Assembly (NCBI GenBank): GCA_003140935.1
Contig: PLLJ01000021.1
Coordinates: 4,555-68,554, forward strand
Length of the DNA: 64,000 nucleotides
Direction of reading: 5' to 3'
From: Candidatus Omnitrophota bacterium
Lineage (GTDB): Bacteria; Omnitrophota; Omnitrophia; Omnitrophales; Aquincolibacteriaceae
Part shown: positions 9,401 through 15,592 of the stretch, in pieces
Numbering within the stretch: the first letter of the stretch is position 1
How the letters are laid out: every line of letters starts with the position of its first letter
Position numbers and translations under genes: made by a program
Notes under the pieces: model-generated
Told to the model about the DNA's origin: nothing
Seen by the model: only the letters and a program-made list of their open reading frames with translations
The model's database searches: none

Positions 9401-11694
9401 TTAAACAATTTAAAGAGAATGGCTTCACGAACCTTTGGGGAATTGACATTTCGCCGGAACTGGTCCGGCTTGCCGTCCAAGGCACGGCGTTCGGGGAATC
9501 GTTTGCGGGACGTTTCCGGGTCGCGGACCTCCGGACAATTCCTTTTCCCGGAAAGATATTCGGCGGCATCTTTATCAGCGATGTGCTACTTTACCTTTCG
9601 CCGGAAGACCAAGTGGACGCTTTGCTCAAGCTTCGCGATATGCTCGAAGACGGCTCGCCGATTTTTGTGCGTTGGGCGCCAGGGGAGAATCGGTTCACCG
9701 TTAAAGAACAGAATTTCTCCAGGGATCGGAAAAATCAAGGGTGGGTATTCACCGTCACCCCGTCTTACCTAACGGCGTTGCTTGAAGCGACGGGATTTCG
9801 TCTCGTCGAACCAGTCCGTCGGATCGAAGGCCCCATTTATGTCGGGACCGAATACGAAAAACAGCAGCCGTTCCTGACCGTATTTGCCCGGAAGGCCGTT
9901 CCCTCGAATCTCGTAGTCGCGCGTTCTGAAACGCGGGAAAGCCTCAAAGAAGTATTAACGCGAAAAGGAGTTCCTGGAAAGACACTCAAAGTAACACAGG
10001 GAAATTTGTCTTTTGAAGTCGCGCCGGATTACGGGGCGCATCTCCTTTCTTTTAATGTGGGCGGCGAAGAACAGCTTCACCAAAGTTACAAAAACGGCGC
10101 AGGGATCCTTAATATTGACCGTACCGGAAGCTGGTTGATGGCGCCTTGGGTCCAGGGCGCTTTTTTCCCTGAGGATAGGACAACCGTTGTGGGAGGCCGC
10201 GTGATCGACTGGAACGAAGCGCCCGTGAAATGGAAACAGGTTCCGGGCGGTTGGATCGCCAACCACGGCATTGCCCGGCAGCCGGTAAAATGGAGTGTGA
10301 GCGAAACGGATTCCGGGCTCCGGTTTGGACTGCGCTTTGAACATGTCCGGGGGATGGATCCCTATTATCACGGACTGCATCTTGCACGGACGCTGGAAAT
10401 ACAATCTTTTCAGGAGTTCGATAGCCTTACCATCGGTTTCGAGGCCGAAAATACGAGTGATCATGACATTTTGTTCGCTGCGGGCGAGCACTTGATCCTA
10501 GATGCGCCAAACAGAGGATCGACTTTTGCGATCATTCCGGCAAGTCGTTATCTTGAAAAAGACACATTAGGAATGCCTCTTCCGCAAGGACTCTCCGTCA
10601 CGACGCCGGCCTTGAATTTTTTAAACGGGAAATTTTTAGAAAGCGGATTAGATATCGCTTTGACGGGTTTGATGCCTTACCTCCAAGAGATCGTTTCCGC
10701 CCTGGTCACGATTCCTGGAGAAAGAATGGTTGCGGTGAGGCAAAGCGCGATGTACCAGCACTTCGGGCTCTGGACCCCCGCGGATATGCCGCGGGCTATC
10801 GGCTTCGAGCCGCTTAGCTCCGGCCTTGATATTTACCGCCGATCCCTGACCCAAGGTTGGGAGCCTCTTCTTATTGAACGTCACGGCGGAACAAGGTCCG
10901 GGCTGATCACCGTAGGCGTTTACAAGGGCTCGCCCGCGTCATTGGCTGCACGGCAAGTGAACAAGCGTTCGGAAATACGAGCCACTGCTGAGACGGTCAT
11001 GCCGGCAACGATGAACGAATTTATCAAGGGGAACGAATCGCTCGGCGGTGGGAAATTGCAAGGGTTCCGGGGAGTCATTGAAAAGATCATGGACGGCATC
11101 TTGTCGCTTACGGTGTATACGAAACACGCTGTAAATATTGTCACAACATTCTTTTCCCCAACAGCACAATCGCAAGAGACATTTGATATCGCCTCGGTTC
11201 CCGCGACCCCCAATGAACAGAAGCGTTTTGCGGATGCCCGGAAGGTGCTTCTGGGCAGCAAGGTCCTTGGGGCTTCCGATGCCCTGATCCTTGCGCCGGA
11301 ATTCGGCGTCGATCTTGGCGCGGCGCTTTTGATGCGTAAAATTGCCGGTGACGCACCGGTCGCCGTTCTCATCCGGAATGAGGCGGATCGGGGATTTCTC
11401 GATAAGATCAATGTCCAGCTTCATGCGGCCAACCGGCCGCTTATTTTCGCGACTACCGATCTTCATGAAGCCACGCGATTCCTTGGGAGAGCGGTCCGCG
11501 GCACGATGAACATTAAGCCGATGGTCTATTCCGATGAGAAGAACGCGCAAGCCGACCTCTTGTTGCAACAGTACGGGAATGCCGTGATCACGGTCACGCC
11601 CAGAATGTACAAGAACTTCCTAAGCCTTACCGGTGTCAGCGAGATCATCACGAGATTGCGCGACGAATATCTCGCGACCGCACGGTCCGCGTAA
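460..11694 (+). CDS. Giant 3744-aa multidomain exported protein (putative polyprotein): signal/TM + Tiki/TraB/EreA-like domain, GH13-like, unknown, glucan phosphorylase-like, short unknown, class I SAM MTase, aldose 1-epimerase-like, C-terminal domain
   Basis: Uninterrupted ORF. Motifs: IHIQEAH/LLEG/ERENWM/TGGFH; GFDAIRGD/FEAY/TNFD; GGLG/TNG/RRQVPYK/EASSTFMMK; VLDVGMGSG/GIDIS; NHGIAR/GEH/FEP. Seven RSExR linkers. Confidence 0.9.
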   Translation: MNCLKQLQRFFSGIIAIIFFVTNTLVPVSIAHAANVESPAFISSFTIPAEFGKVTDRIKGSEAGPLLIHIQEAHANYDAQKNIKNILEYLSKNYGIRLVLLEGAGNKLDATLFKFFPREPELQQTVNEKLMQAGELTGAELFLISSPQGAAEGWGVEKAEAYAQDREAFKRVFEGRELAQDFSETFYRQWQKCASLLLSKPLKEFLTRETAFEEGRLPLADWMVSLKMAAARDLRLDLDNVLEQKDWPVLVRYFRLKTIDPRIDTAQVEKEKTVFLKDLTQRATGDVQQNTKDKDVERRALNVVREVEQVFEQAKKNDRPSYKTRFVFEKLLDQLPKDFSFDAYPNLRLYLQQIILLSEIQGDTLQNEIKNLTEKLTARLIKTKQDRRFAGILHDFRLVKKLFELELSRSEYQTILSDKITLEKLLQELQALDPEAKVLNKSPSPKLLRLKSLYGTAIRFYEGAIERENWMMKQALARMQERKQTKAVLITGGFHTEGLKEKVLSAGSSYVEITPRIGEVTADSRKNYLTALLGKKTVETSQIAALVRSDMYFLKEVFPKDWRRKLAELVTNLRGKLRQVVSPERAQEAVSDFLAAARGVPALQPAGARSEMREPGQDVVSPKPDLPGLTLGIPLDIGSERRGTGIVEFGALKKAARLLEPLKESFGMGRVYPYNSLFATGDISSGVHQVPNKGEHFLISKNRKTTVMVRGYETKGHELGGLTLRDGANNFSILSMLKLNPRLSDSNAAEGTAEKTERDVRAFNKKAHGLGIKTMANFIPWLAPDAIDETNLDWTFYEKRTAEENEYFRSLSENAKQNYINNLLREKNGAFFARRMGQGDKEEVVLIRHFPGMGENNYNTDQVLLNIFSPGVQNYYKRSLRYLKKLGFDAIRGDMGSYLLKKNLSGFLAAAGLDPAAFKDKDPLREILKDASMEMVFEAYDPGDQEALIEAGEPSPVAVYNDSFFRALAEFSANPFMVADRIGAIIEEVLLYKIRHPGTKKRFLLYPTNFDQNSLNAMAHYPEDLGKGFSVAGVLALSFVTAYLAKEDLGVMLILRDALGQRGDIRPIVGGDISGHRAALHGEHAKPFVNTAEELAARTDIDKLEQAIREAPAAKFKREFMTAVKGSKQNFIRLLDNADLSRIVTLGWRTEKGEWVVFAVNLRPRQGPIDLSFIEFPVPSEEKPRVGSWEAKDAVTGEPLALVTELADGRGFPRIQDVSFTDTDYRLIVLTPKAETQRSEAREQKKRNFPVKGLKAIANGEAKGFEYFGAREARDYMNAAALHLSGLELPNRIELAEDFMTGFQARTTQLKRMVDARRERAVFYYGRADFKGFEGMKPAEFLEAKGISLEQVRGKNIHVVDKYSGMSHHVTISINATNLERELKPTKRLNVTAVSDLDLIWMEKTSDDSEEQDEALDTTNRSEMRQAEGLQGFAESTNEPNWTKTHTPRTAKQHIYSRQWECGLPMDLLEKIEKLYGAYVAGEISQVTLTGGLGALMPDLFEAWTAIGLNVTGIHPLWNFIKNTPLKGADAAGLRKFLGEIAKQQMEDTGINFDVSLNVPGSTKPRVVSFRVYKTQSMVHKAPQYYLDAYTTTADGKEEPAFLEVYDDTGKREIDMAFFAAASERLIQILEKDPNPGNVVLIDHEVFVSLPTRYLKKAKRVTLNHTVFRPGLFEAWEGYYEMLNFPERLRSTITHDGKISIADFTAEVFHLITGVNLVEHLPALLKNIFRTAWHRVIGFYDQAKQIRSTNGIFLPRWQSREERTLIERAKEKLSIQKPEHGLPAEANDRQFFEELDKNPDLQEQFKIQQEWVGASDGAKLLIWLRERRGFKGASDWLGNTFKEYQKQHQMSDAELVRHLEEMEALISKTVLNDAPENWLKLEEKFAQARDLILGDPIVCNVRRQVPYKGPDKYEEILAGVIQQAAKEAGLSNEIEGVRPFNGRFKAWKDGKLDREAFKVLKEKLKGQPAVEELRKELCRVLIGGRTFDLDESHDRFLYIRFLTEVLGVEDRVATLEDYTYYEAQIIARGVQGAVMLSDEDLEASSTFMMKVKANRGEVVGPYAGSNPEVWDIRVVKTIGDVKTIGEKIEVLNEKGEPNTKVITQDILREKNRTGEWEIRDGIFVAYADEELSRQEGGKRRPSARSLLEALKKMKKLRSDPATRRERMYAAISNSWKVDMVTGQAMAHAYLIENMLREEEEKEAMFDSLRFESSDYAVPMNAHDFGWKTRHPFERYSAKDFGLFGLFRSFRDMKTWQDKGPSTRGIQALESLRHHAQFGDIFKYLREGVLVHLSPGLQPFKDKIESLAAKAETASDKEVIALNLEAMDLTEMLLVRMAGDWFERYMRADSFDEAEPLRKELVQGVGADSQPWADYIVRYLEGHPDARALRTRENKIRSFVFAPAGQRPVMVSLNMGAIAHREKDASFEGLKARTQVIIDKQAFLTLTENATDVKFVHLREPKRKNDYAVLEKKDSVAEAEMEIGVGIPMPLGIEVIEWRPMKLSELTSILAAVAAGEREPLAIDSLTQLIRETGADNELPLTAILIAVGKQESSAMASFRQLIREARTDYEPPEGRTPADHLTEQLAVLAGLDRKNAATLFGENLKPLMMLIGLLRPDLLKTSQIASWDREFFKKVERAVADIQTTFGESHAAAKQHNYYVIDSSHHGALVLARKDAKGDSFFVTLQFAANDRDAASDGKITTQVSSEGLARMIDQGAFYRVIDMLTGEDYGIRGDLLHGWIIRTPFVGGADRVQMLHLEKITPASRSEMRLAPLAHSLEQGITAITALQARIASKAVLKESGKRNLNHQPNYFAGVYSYGDIFWGGLFAWGSVAAFSNNGSKANLMSETPAVSLPSENIMISRALNIPRNRGASLGSPKTAFSVVRSETRDHPELKPTLTALMERSAEFRAATQAFKDASPVGISNDVYWKEPKFAVGFERMKARDWNATPHREVIQKFLSLVGRKDKPVLDVGMGSGRALKQFKENGFTNLWGIDISPELVRLAVQGTAFGESFAGRFRVADLRTIPFPGKIFGGIFISDVLLYLSPEDQVDALLKLRDMLEDGSPIFVRWAPGENRFTVKEQNFSRDRKNQGWVFTVTPSYLTALLEATGFRLVEPVRRIEGPIYVGTEYEKQQPFLTVFARKAVPSNLVVARSETRESLKEVLTRKGVPGKTLKVTQGNLSFEVAPDYGAHLLSFNVGGEEQLHQSYKNGAGILNIDRTGSWLMAPWVQGAFFPEDRTTVVGGRVIDWNEAPVKWKQVPGGWIANHGIARQPVKWSVSETDSGLRFGLRFEHVRGMDPYYHGLHLARTLEIQSFQEFDSLTIGFEAENTSDHDILFAAGEHLILDAPNRGSTFAIIPASRYLEKDTLGMPLPQGLSVTTPALNFLNGKFLESGLDIALTGLMPYLQEIVSALVTIPGERMVAVRQSAMYQHFGLWTPADMPRAIGFEPLSSGLDIYRRSLTQGWEPLLIERHGGTRSGLITVGVYKGSPASLAARQVNKRSEIRATAETVMPATMNEFIKGNESLGGGKLQGFRGVIEKIMDGILSLTVYTKHAVNIVTTFFSPTAQSQETFDIASVPATPNEQKRFADARKVLLGSKVLGASDALILAPEFGVDLGAALLMRKIAGDAPVAVLIRNEADRGFLDKINVQLHAANRPLIFATTDLHEATRFLGRAVRGTMNIKPMVYSDEKNAQADLLLQQYGNAVITVTPRMYKNFLSLTGVSEIITRLRDEYLATARSA
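1297..1367. repeat. Heptamer-phased imperfect inverted repeat inside the giant gene
   Basis: ACGCAAC GCGCAAC AGGTGAC GTACAAC ... GTTGAAC GCCGCGC GTTGAAC GT; translated in frame. Confidence 0.55.
2284..10980 (+). repeat. Seven dispersed RSE[MATI]R-coding linker motifs: 2284-2298, 4171-4185, 4720-4734, 8755-8769, 9115-9129, 9922-9936, 10966-10980
   Basis: Read directly: RSEMR, RSEAR, RSEMR, RSEMR, RSETR, RSETR, RSEIR; DNA consensus CGY TCN GAA RYR MGN. Confidence 0.92.
6681..6716 (+). repeat. Perfect 18-bp tandem duplication (VKTIGD-VKTIGE)
   Basis: cgttaaaacgatcggtga x2. Confidence 0.9.
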
Positions 11695-11703
11695 ACCAAT
11701 TTA

Positions 11704-11732
11704 TTGACCGCTTTCTTAAGTTTCCGTATAGT
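11704..11732 (+). promoter_or_regulatory. sigma70-like promoter for mqnD, probably leaderless
   Basis: TTGACC-N17-TATAGT, ATG 6 nt downstream, no Shine-Dalgarno. Confidence 0.6.
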
Positions 11733-11738
11733 CTCCTT

Positions 11739-12626
11739 ATGACGAAGACATCCACAAAATTAATCCGGGTCGGCCACAGTCCCGATGCTGACGATGCCTT
11801 CATGTTCTACGCGCTCGCCAAGAAGAAGATCCCGATGCGCGGGTTTGAGGTCGAGCATGTCATCGAAGACATCGAAAGCCTGAATCAGCGGGCACTTCGC
11901 GGGGAACTTGAGGTGACGGCAGTTTCCTGTCACGCGTACGCCTATTTGATGGACCGTTACGCCGTGATGCGTTCCGGTGCGAGTGTTGGTGACCAGTATG
12001 GGCCGATACTGGTTCGTAGGGCACTAGGGACTAGCCCCTCAAGACTCGTTTTAAAGAACAAACGGATTGCCATCCCTGGTGAATTAACGACTGCTTATTT
12101 AGCATTACGACTTTATTCAAAAGCCACAACAAGTCCCGAGTCCCAAGTCCCGAGTTCCGATTTCCAACCGGTCTTTGTGCCTTTCGACCGGGTGTTCAAT
12201 GCGGTCAAAAGCGGTGAAACTGATTACGGACTCGTGATCCATGAAGGCCAGATCACATTTGCGGAGCACAGTCTTGAAAAAGTTCTGGACCTTGGTGCCT
12301 GGTGGCATGAGAAAACGAAGCAGCCGCTTCCACTCGGGGTCGATATTATCCGGCGCGATCTCGGCCAGGACGTCATGAGGTCCTTCTCGGGACTTTTCAA
12401 GGAAAGCATCGAATATGCCTTGTCTCACCGGCAGGAAGCTTTAGAATACGCGCTCCAGTTCGGCCGCGGGATCTCGGGAGCCTTGAATGATCGTTTCGTT
12501 GCGATGTATGTGAACGATCGCACGGTGGATATCGGCAAAGACGGAGAAGCGGGGTTTCGCAGGTTGCTGGATGAAGCTTATCAAGCCGGAATCATACCGA
12601 AAAAAGTGAATTTGGAATTCATATAA
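11739..12626 (+). CDS. mqnD: 1,4-dihydroxy-6-naphthoate synthase (futalosine menaquinone pathway)
   Basis: GHSPDADDAFMFYAL, DIESLN, IHEGQ, PLPLG, MYVN motifs. Confidence 0.88.
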   Translation: MTKTSTKLIRVGHSPDADDAFMFYALAKKKIPMRGFEVEHVIEDIESLNQRALRGELEVTAVSCHAYAYLMDRYAVMRSGASVGDQYGPILVRRALGTSPSRLVLKNKRIAIPGELTTAYLALRLYSKATTSPESQVPSSDFQPVFVPFDRVFNAVKSGETDYGLVIHEGQITFAEHSLEKVLDLGAWWHEKTKQPLPLGVDIIRRDLGQDVMRSFSGLFKESIEYALSHRQEALEYALQFGRGISGALNDRFVAMYVNDRTVDIGKDGEAGFRRLLDEAYQAGIIPKKVNLEFI

Positions 12627-12633
12627 ATAAAAT

Positions 12634-12690
12634 CGGACCACACAACCACGAGCCACACGCTACGTGGCGTGGCCCCTGGTCCGTGGAGCG
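12634..12690. repeat. Heptamer-phased intergenic hairpin
   Basis: CGGACCA...GAGCCA CACGCTA CG TGGCG TGGCCCC TGGTCCG. Confidence 0.55.
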
Positions 12691-12694
12691 GATA

Positions 12695-13294
12695 ATGGCT
12701 AACGACGAATTACGCATCAAAACAGTGGAGATCGCAAAACAGCACAAGGCGAGCTGGATCCAGCTTGGCCAGCATCTGTTCTCCATTTACAAAAATAAAC
12801 TTTATAAGGAATGGGGTTTTCAGGCGTTCGAGACCTATTGCAAAAAAGAACTGAGCATCAGGGAAACGACGGCTTCCAAGCTCATCAAGTCCTACGCCTT
12901 TCTTGAAAAAGAAGAGCCTCGCATCGTGAAGCCGGATTTTACAGAAGAAGAGGTCCCCCGGAAGATCCCCGATTATGAGTCCGTCAATCTCCTGAGGCTC
13001 GCGAAGAACAACAAGAATATCCCGACCCATGAGTTCGCGGAACTCCGGAACGACGTTCTCAATGAGGGCAAGGAGTGCAAAGAGGTCCGGGCGGCCGTGA
13101 AAAAGATCCTCGAGACGCACGCCCCGAAAGATACGCCGGAAATGAAAGATCAGAAAAGAAGTTCAGTCCTCAGACGACTGATCGGTTTTCTGAATTCCGC
13201 GAAGACCCAGCTTGAGGAAGAGGACCTTGTTCCGGATTATCTTTTAAAACAGATCGACGCCCTGACGCAGAAACTCGAAGATCAGTTGGATTAA
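12695..13294 (+). CDS. Conserved hypothetical helical protein (DUF3102-like N-terminus)
   Basis: ATG 12695 after GGAG; W..LG..L......LY..WGF..FE.YC..EL pattern. Confidence 0.6.
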   Translation: MANDELRIKTVEIAKQHKASWIQLGQHLFSIYKNKLYKEWGFQAFETYCKKELSIRETTASKLIKSYAFLEKEEPRIVKPDFTEEEVPRKIPDYESVNLLRLAKNNKNIPTHEFAELRNDVLNEGKECKEVRAAVKKILETHAPKDTPEMKDQKRSSVLRRLIGFLNSAKTQLEEEDLVPDYLLKQIDALTQKLEDQLD

Positions 13295-13373
13295 AAAACA
13301 AGCAGTGTTCATCGGAGAACGCCGGATGTTCAGGCTTTTTCGTTATCCGTTCCATGCTTCCCATTTCTAACCG

Positions 13374-13730
13374 CTATAGACGCTTCTTCCTCTTTTTCCT
13401 CGGGGCTTGTTCTTCGCCCCGGACGAGCGCTTCTTTTTTCTTTTTAGGCCATTCCTTTACTTCACATTCGCGTATCAGAGCGCTGGAGCGATCGCCGCAT
13501 GTTTCAGAATAGAGCATCTCCACGGGTCTGCGAGTCCGGGTGTAACGGGAGGCCTTGCCGTCTTGATGCATTTGGAGACGCCGCTCGAGATGGTTGGTGA
13601 TGCCGGTATAAAACGATCCGTCGCGGCATTGCAGAATATAGAGCGACCAGTCATTTCCGGCCTTCTTTCCGCGCGCGGAGGCTTTTTCTTTTTTCAAACC
13701 CACGAGCATTCTTTTATAGGTCGGATGCAT
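13374..13730 (-). CDS. GIY-YIG nuclease family protein (UPF0213/YazA-like)
   Basis: YILQCRDGSFYTGITN.LERR..H..GK.SRYTR.RRP. Confidence 0.88.
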   Translation of the reverse strand: MHPTYKRMLVGLKKEKASARGKKAGNDWSLYILQCRDGSFYTGITNHLERRLQMHQDGKASRYTRTRRPVEMLYSETCGDRSSALIRECEVKEWPKKKKEALVRGEEQAPRKKRKKRL

Positions 13731-13770
13731 TTTTAAAAACAGGGAAGGATGAACGGGAAAAGGAAGAGCT

Positions 13771-14073
13771 TTACGTTCCCCGGGGACCGTTCCCCTTTCC
13801 TCCCATTTTATGATGATACTTTACGGTCACGAGCACCACCGCGGTGAAGAACACGACGTTTGTCCAGCCAAAAGCGCGGAAGGCCATGTTCTGTGAAGCC
13901 AGGACCGCGGGAGTCATGAGGAGGATACAGATCCAAACTCCAAAAAGCCAGACCAGGCTGATATCGTCGGCAGACTTCCGTTTGATGATCCTTATGATGA
14001 GCGGGATATTAAAAAGGGGAAGGACTGCCCCCGCCCACGCGCTAATCTTATAAAGAATATCCATAAGGTTCAA
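13771..14073 (-). CDS. PQ-loop/SemiSWEET-like small membrane protein
   Basis: Three hydrophobic helices; P.I.RIIKRKSADDIS. Confidence 0.7.
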   Translation of the reverse strand: MNLMDILYKISAWAGAVLPLFNIPLIIRIIKRKSADDISLVWLFGVWICILLMTPAVLASQNMAFRAFGWTNVVFFTAVVLVTVKYHHKMGGKGNGPRGT

Positions 14074-15491
14074 TGCTCCGGCGCGAGATTTTTTAAAAAC
14101 ATTTCCCGGAGAGCCGAGGCCTTCTCCATGGGCGCCACAAAGAAAAGCTCATCCATCCGTAACCATCTTCGCATGGTTAGGACCCCTTTCCAGTGAAGGT
14201 AAAGGGCTTGTAGGAGGGAGGGAAAAGCTTCGGTGGCTTGCTGCATATTGAGGTAATAGACAGGCCGGATGTCGTGCATATCATCAATAGCAAAATATTT
14301 CCGGATGTAAACAGCTAGAGGTAAATGAAGAGAATAAATCTTCTCAAAAAAAGGAAGCTTGGAAAAGAACGGAGGAAGCGAAACGGCGCTTTTCGCGGTC
14401 CCAAAAGGCCAGCGTGAAGCGTAAGCGCCGTGCACGGTGTAGAAGTATAAATTTCCTTTGACCGTGGGTGTCCGCTCGAGGGCTTCGAGCAGTGCAAGGG
14501 TGGTATATTGATGGTCCGAATGTCCGTCCGTCACAGGGCAGGGAGTCACGATGATCGAGGGGTTGATCTTGGTAAGGAGATGCTCTAGGTCCGCGACCAG
14601 GTTGTTCCAAGTGGGTTCCTGAGCGGGATCTTTTGGAAGCAGATCCGAAACGTTGTATTGACGGAAAGTATTCAAGTCGGCAGTTTTGACAAAAGGAGAA
14701 GATATTTTTCGGGAAGGGTTCTGGAACATCTTGCTTAACGTCTCATCAAAGTAGCCGAGGTTATAACATCTTAGAGGCGAGATGCCGCCCCAGAAGGGGA
14801 TCACAATACTGTCCCAAGCGCGGATCTTGCCCTTGAACAAGGCTTGTCTCGTCGAGTTTCCAAAAAAGCGTTTGTAGTTCGATTTTCCTCCCTCACCGGC
14901 CGTAAGAGTGACGATGTAGGCATCCTGATCGCTATAGAGGCCGAAAGCCGCGATCTCGGCATCGTCCGGATGCGGCGCGAGAATGAGGATCTTTGCTTTT
15001 TTTATCTCGGGATTTTGAAAAAGATAAAATTCGGAAGCGCTTTGATCCCAGGAGAGGTGATGCCCTTTGATGAAAAGTTTTTCTCCTTCGGCTAAAGACG
15101 GGGTTGCATTCAAAAGCGTACTTAGATTCAAATAACGGATCCCGCGGCCTGTCTTTTCGAAATATTGCTTCAAAACGACGTTGTGATAACGGATCTCAAC
15201 ATAGGGAAGAAATAAGAGGCTTGTCCAATCCGTCCGGATTGCTATTTTAAGGAAAGCCGTATCGGTGCCGGTCTTTACCGAGGGCCACTCGAACCCGTTT
15301 TTTCCAAGCATGACAGGGGAAACAGAATCTTTCGGGAAAGCATAGCCGTAGTCGGAATGAAGATTGTAAAAAAAGGTTTCGTAATAACGGTTTTCGGAAT
15401 CGACGTAGAAGAAAGCGGCGATGCATACCGGGATAAGGATCAACACCCAAAATAGAACGAACTTCTTCTTAGGTCTTTGCGGTGTTTCCAT
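14070..15491 (-). CDS. Membrane-anchored PIG-L/LmbE family deacetylase
   Basis: APHPDDAE, TAGE, DGHSDH; N-terminal TM helix. Confidence 0.85.
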   Translation of the reverse strand: METPQRPKKKFVLFWVLILIPVCIAAFFYVDSENRYYETFFYNLHSDYGYAFPKDSVSPVMLGKNGFEWPSVKTGTDTAFLKIAIRTDWTSLLFLPYVEIRYHNVVLKQYFEKTGRGIRYLNLSTLLNATPSLAEGEKLFIKGHHLSWDQSASEFYLFQNPEIKKAKILILAPHPDDAEIAAFGLYSDQDAYIVTLTAGEGGKSNYKRFFGNSTRQALFKGKIRAWDSIVIPFWGGISPLRCYNLGYFDETLSKMFQNPSRKISSPFVKTADLNTFRQYNVSDLLPKDPAQEPTWNNLVADLEHLLTKINPSIIVTPCPVTDGHSDHQYTTLALLEALERTPTVKGNLYFYTVHGAYASRWPFGTAKSAVSLPPFFSKLPFFEKIYSLHLPLAVYIRKYFAIDDMHDIRPVYYLNMQQATEAFPSLLQALYLHWKGVLTMRRWLRMDELFFVAPMEKASALREMFLKNLAPEH

Positions 15492-15592
15492 AGGACTGTT
15501 TTTTGTCCGAGCGATGCGATGCGTTAGAATGTTGCGCTATTTTATGGAGCCTGCTGATTTTGTAAAGCTTATTAAGAGAATACAAGCGGCGG

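Noticed and set aside
460-11694. Inteins, or RTX/MARTX repeats, as the explanation for the giant gene
   Set aside because: No C/S...HN splice junctions at module edges and no glycine-rich repeats seen.
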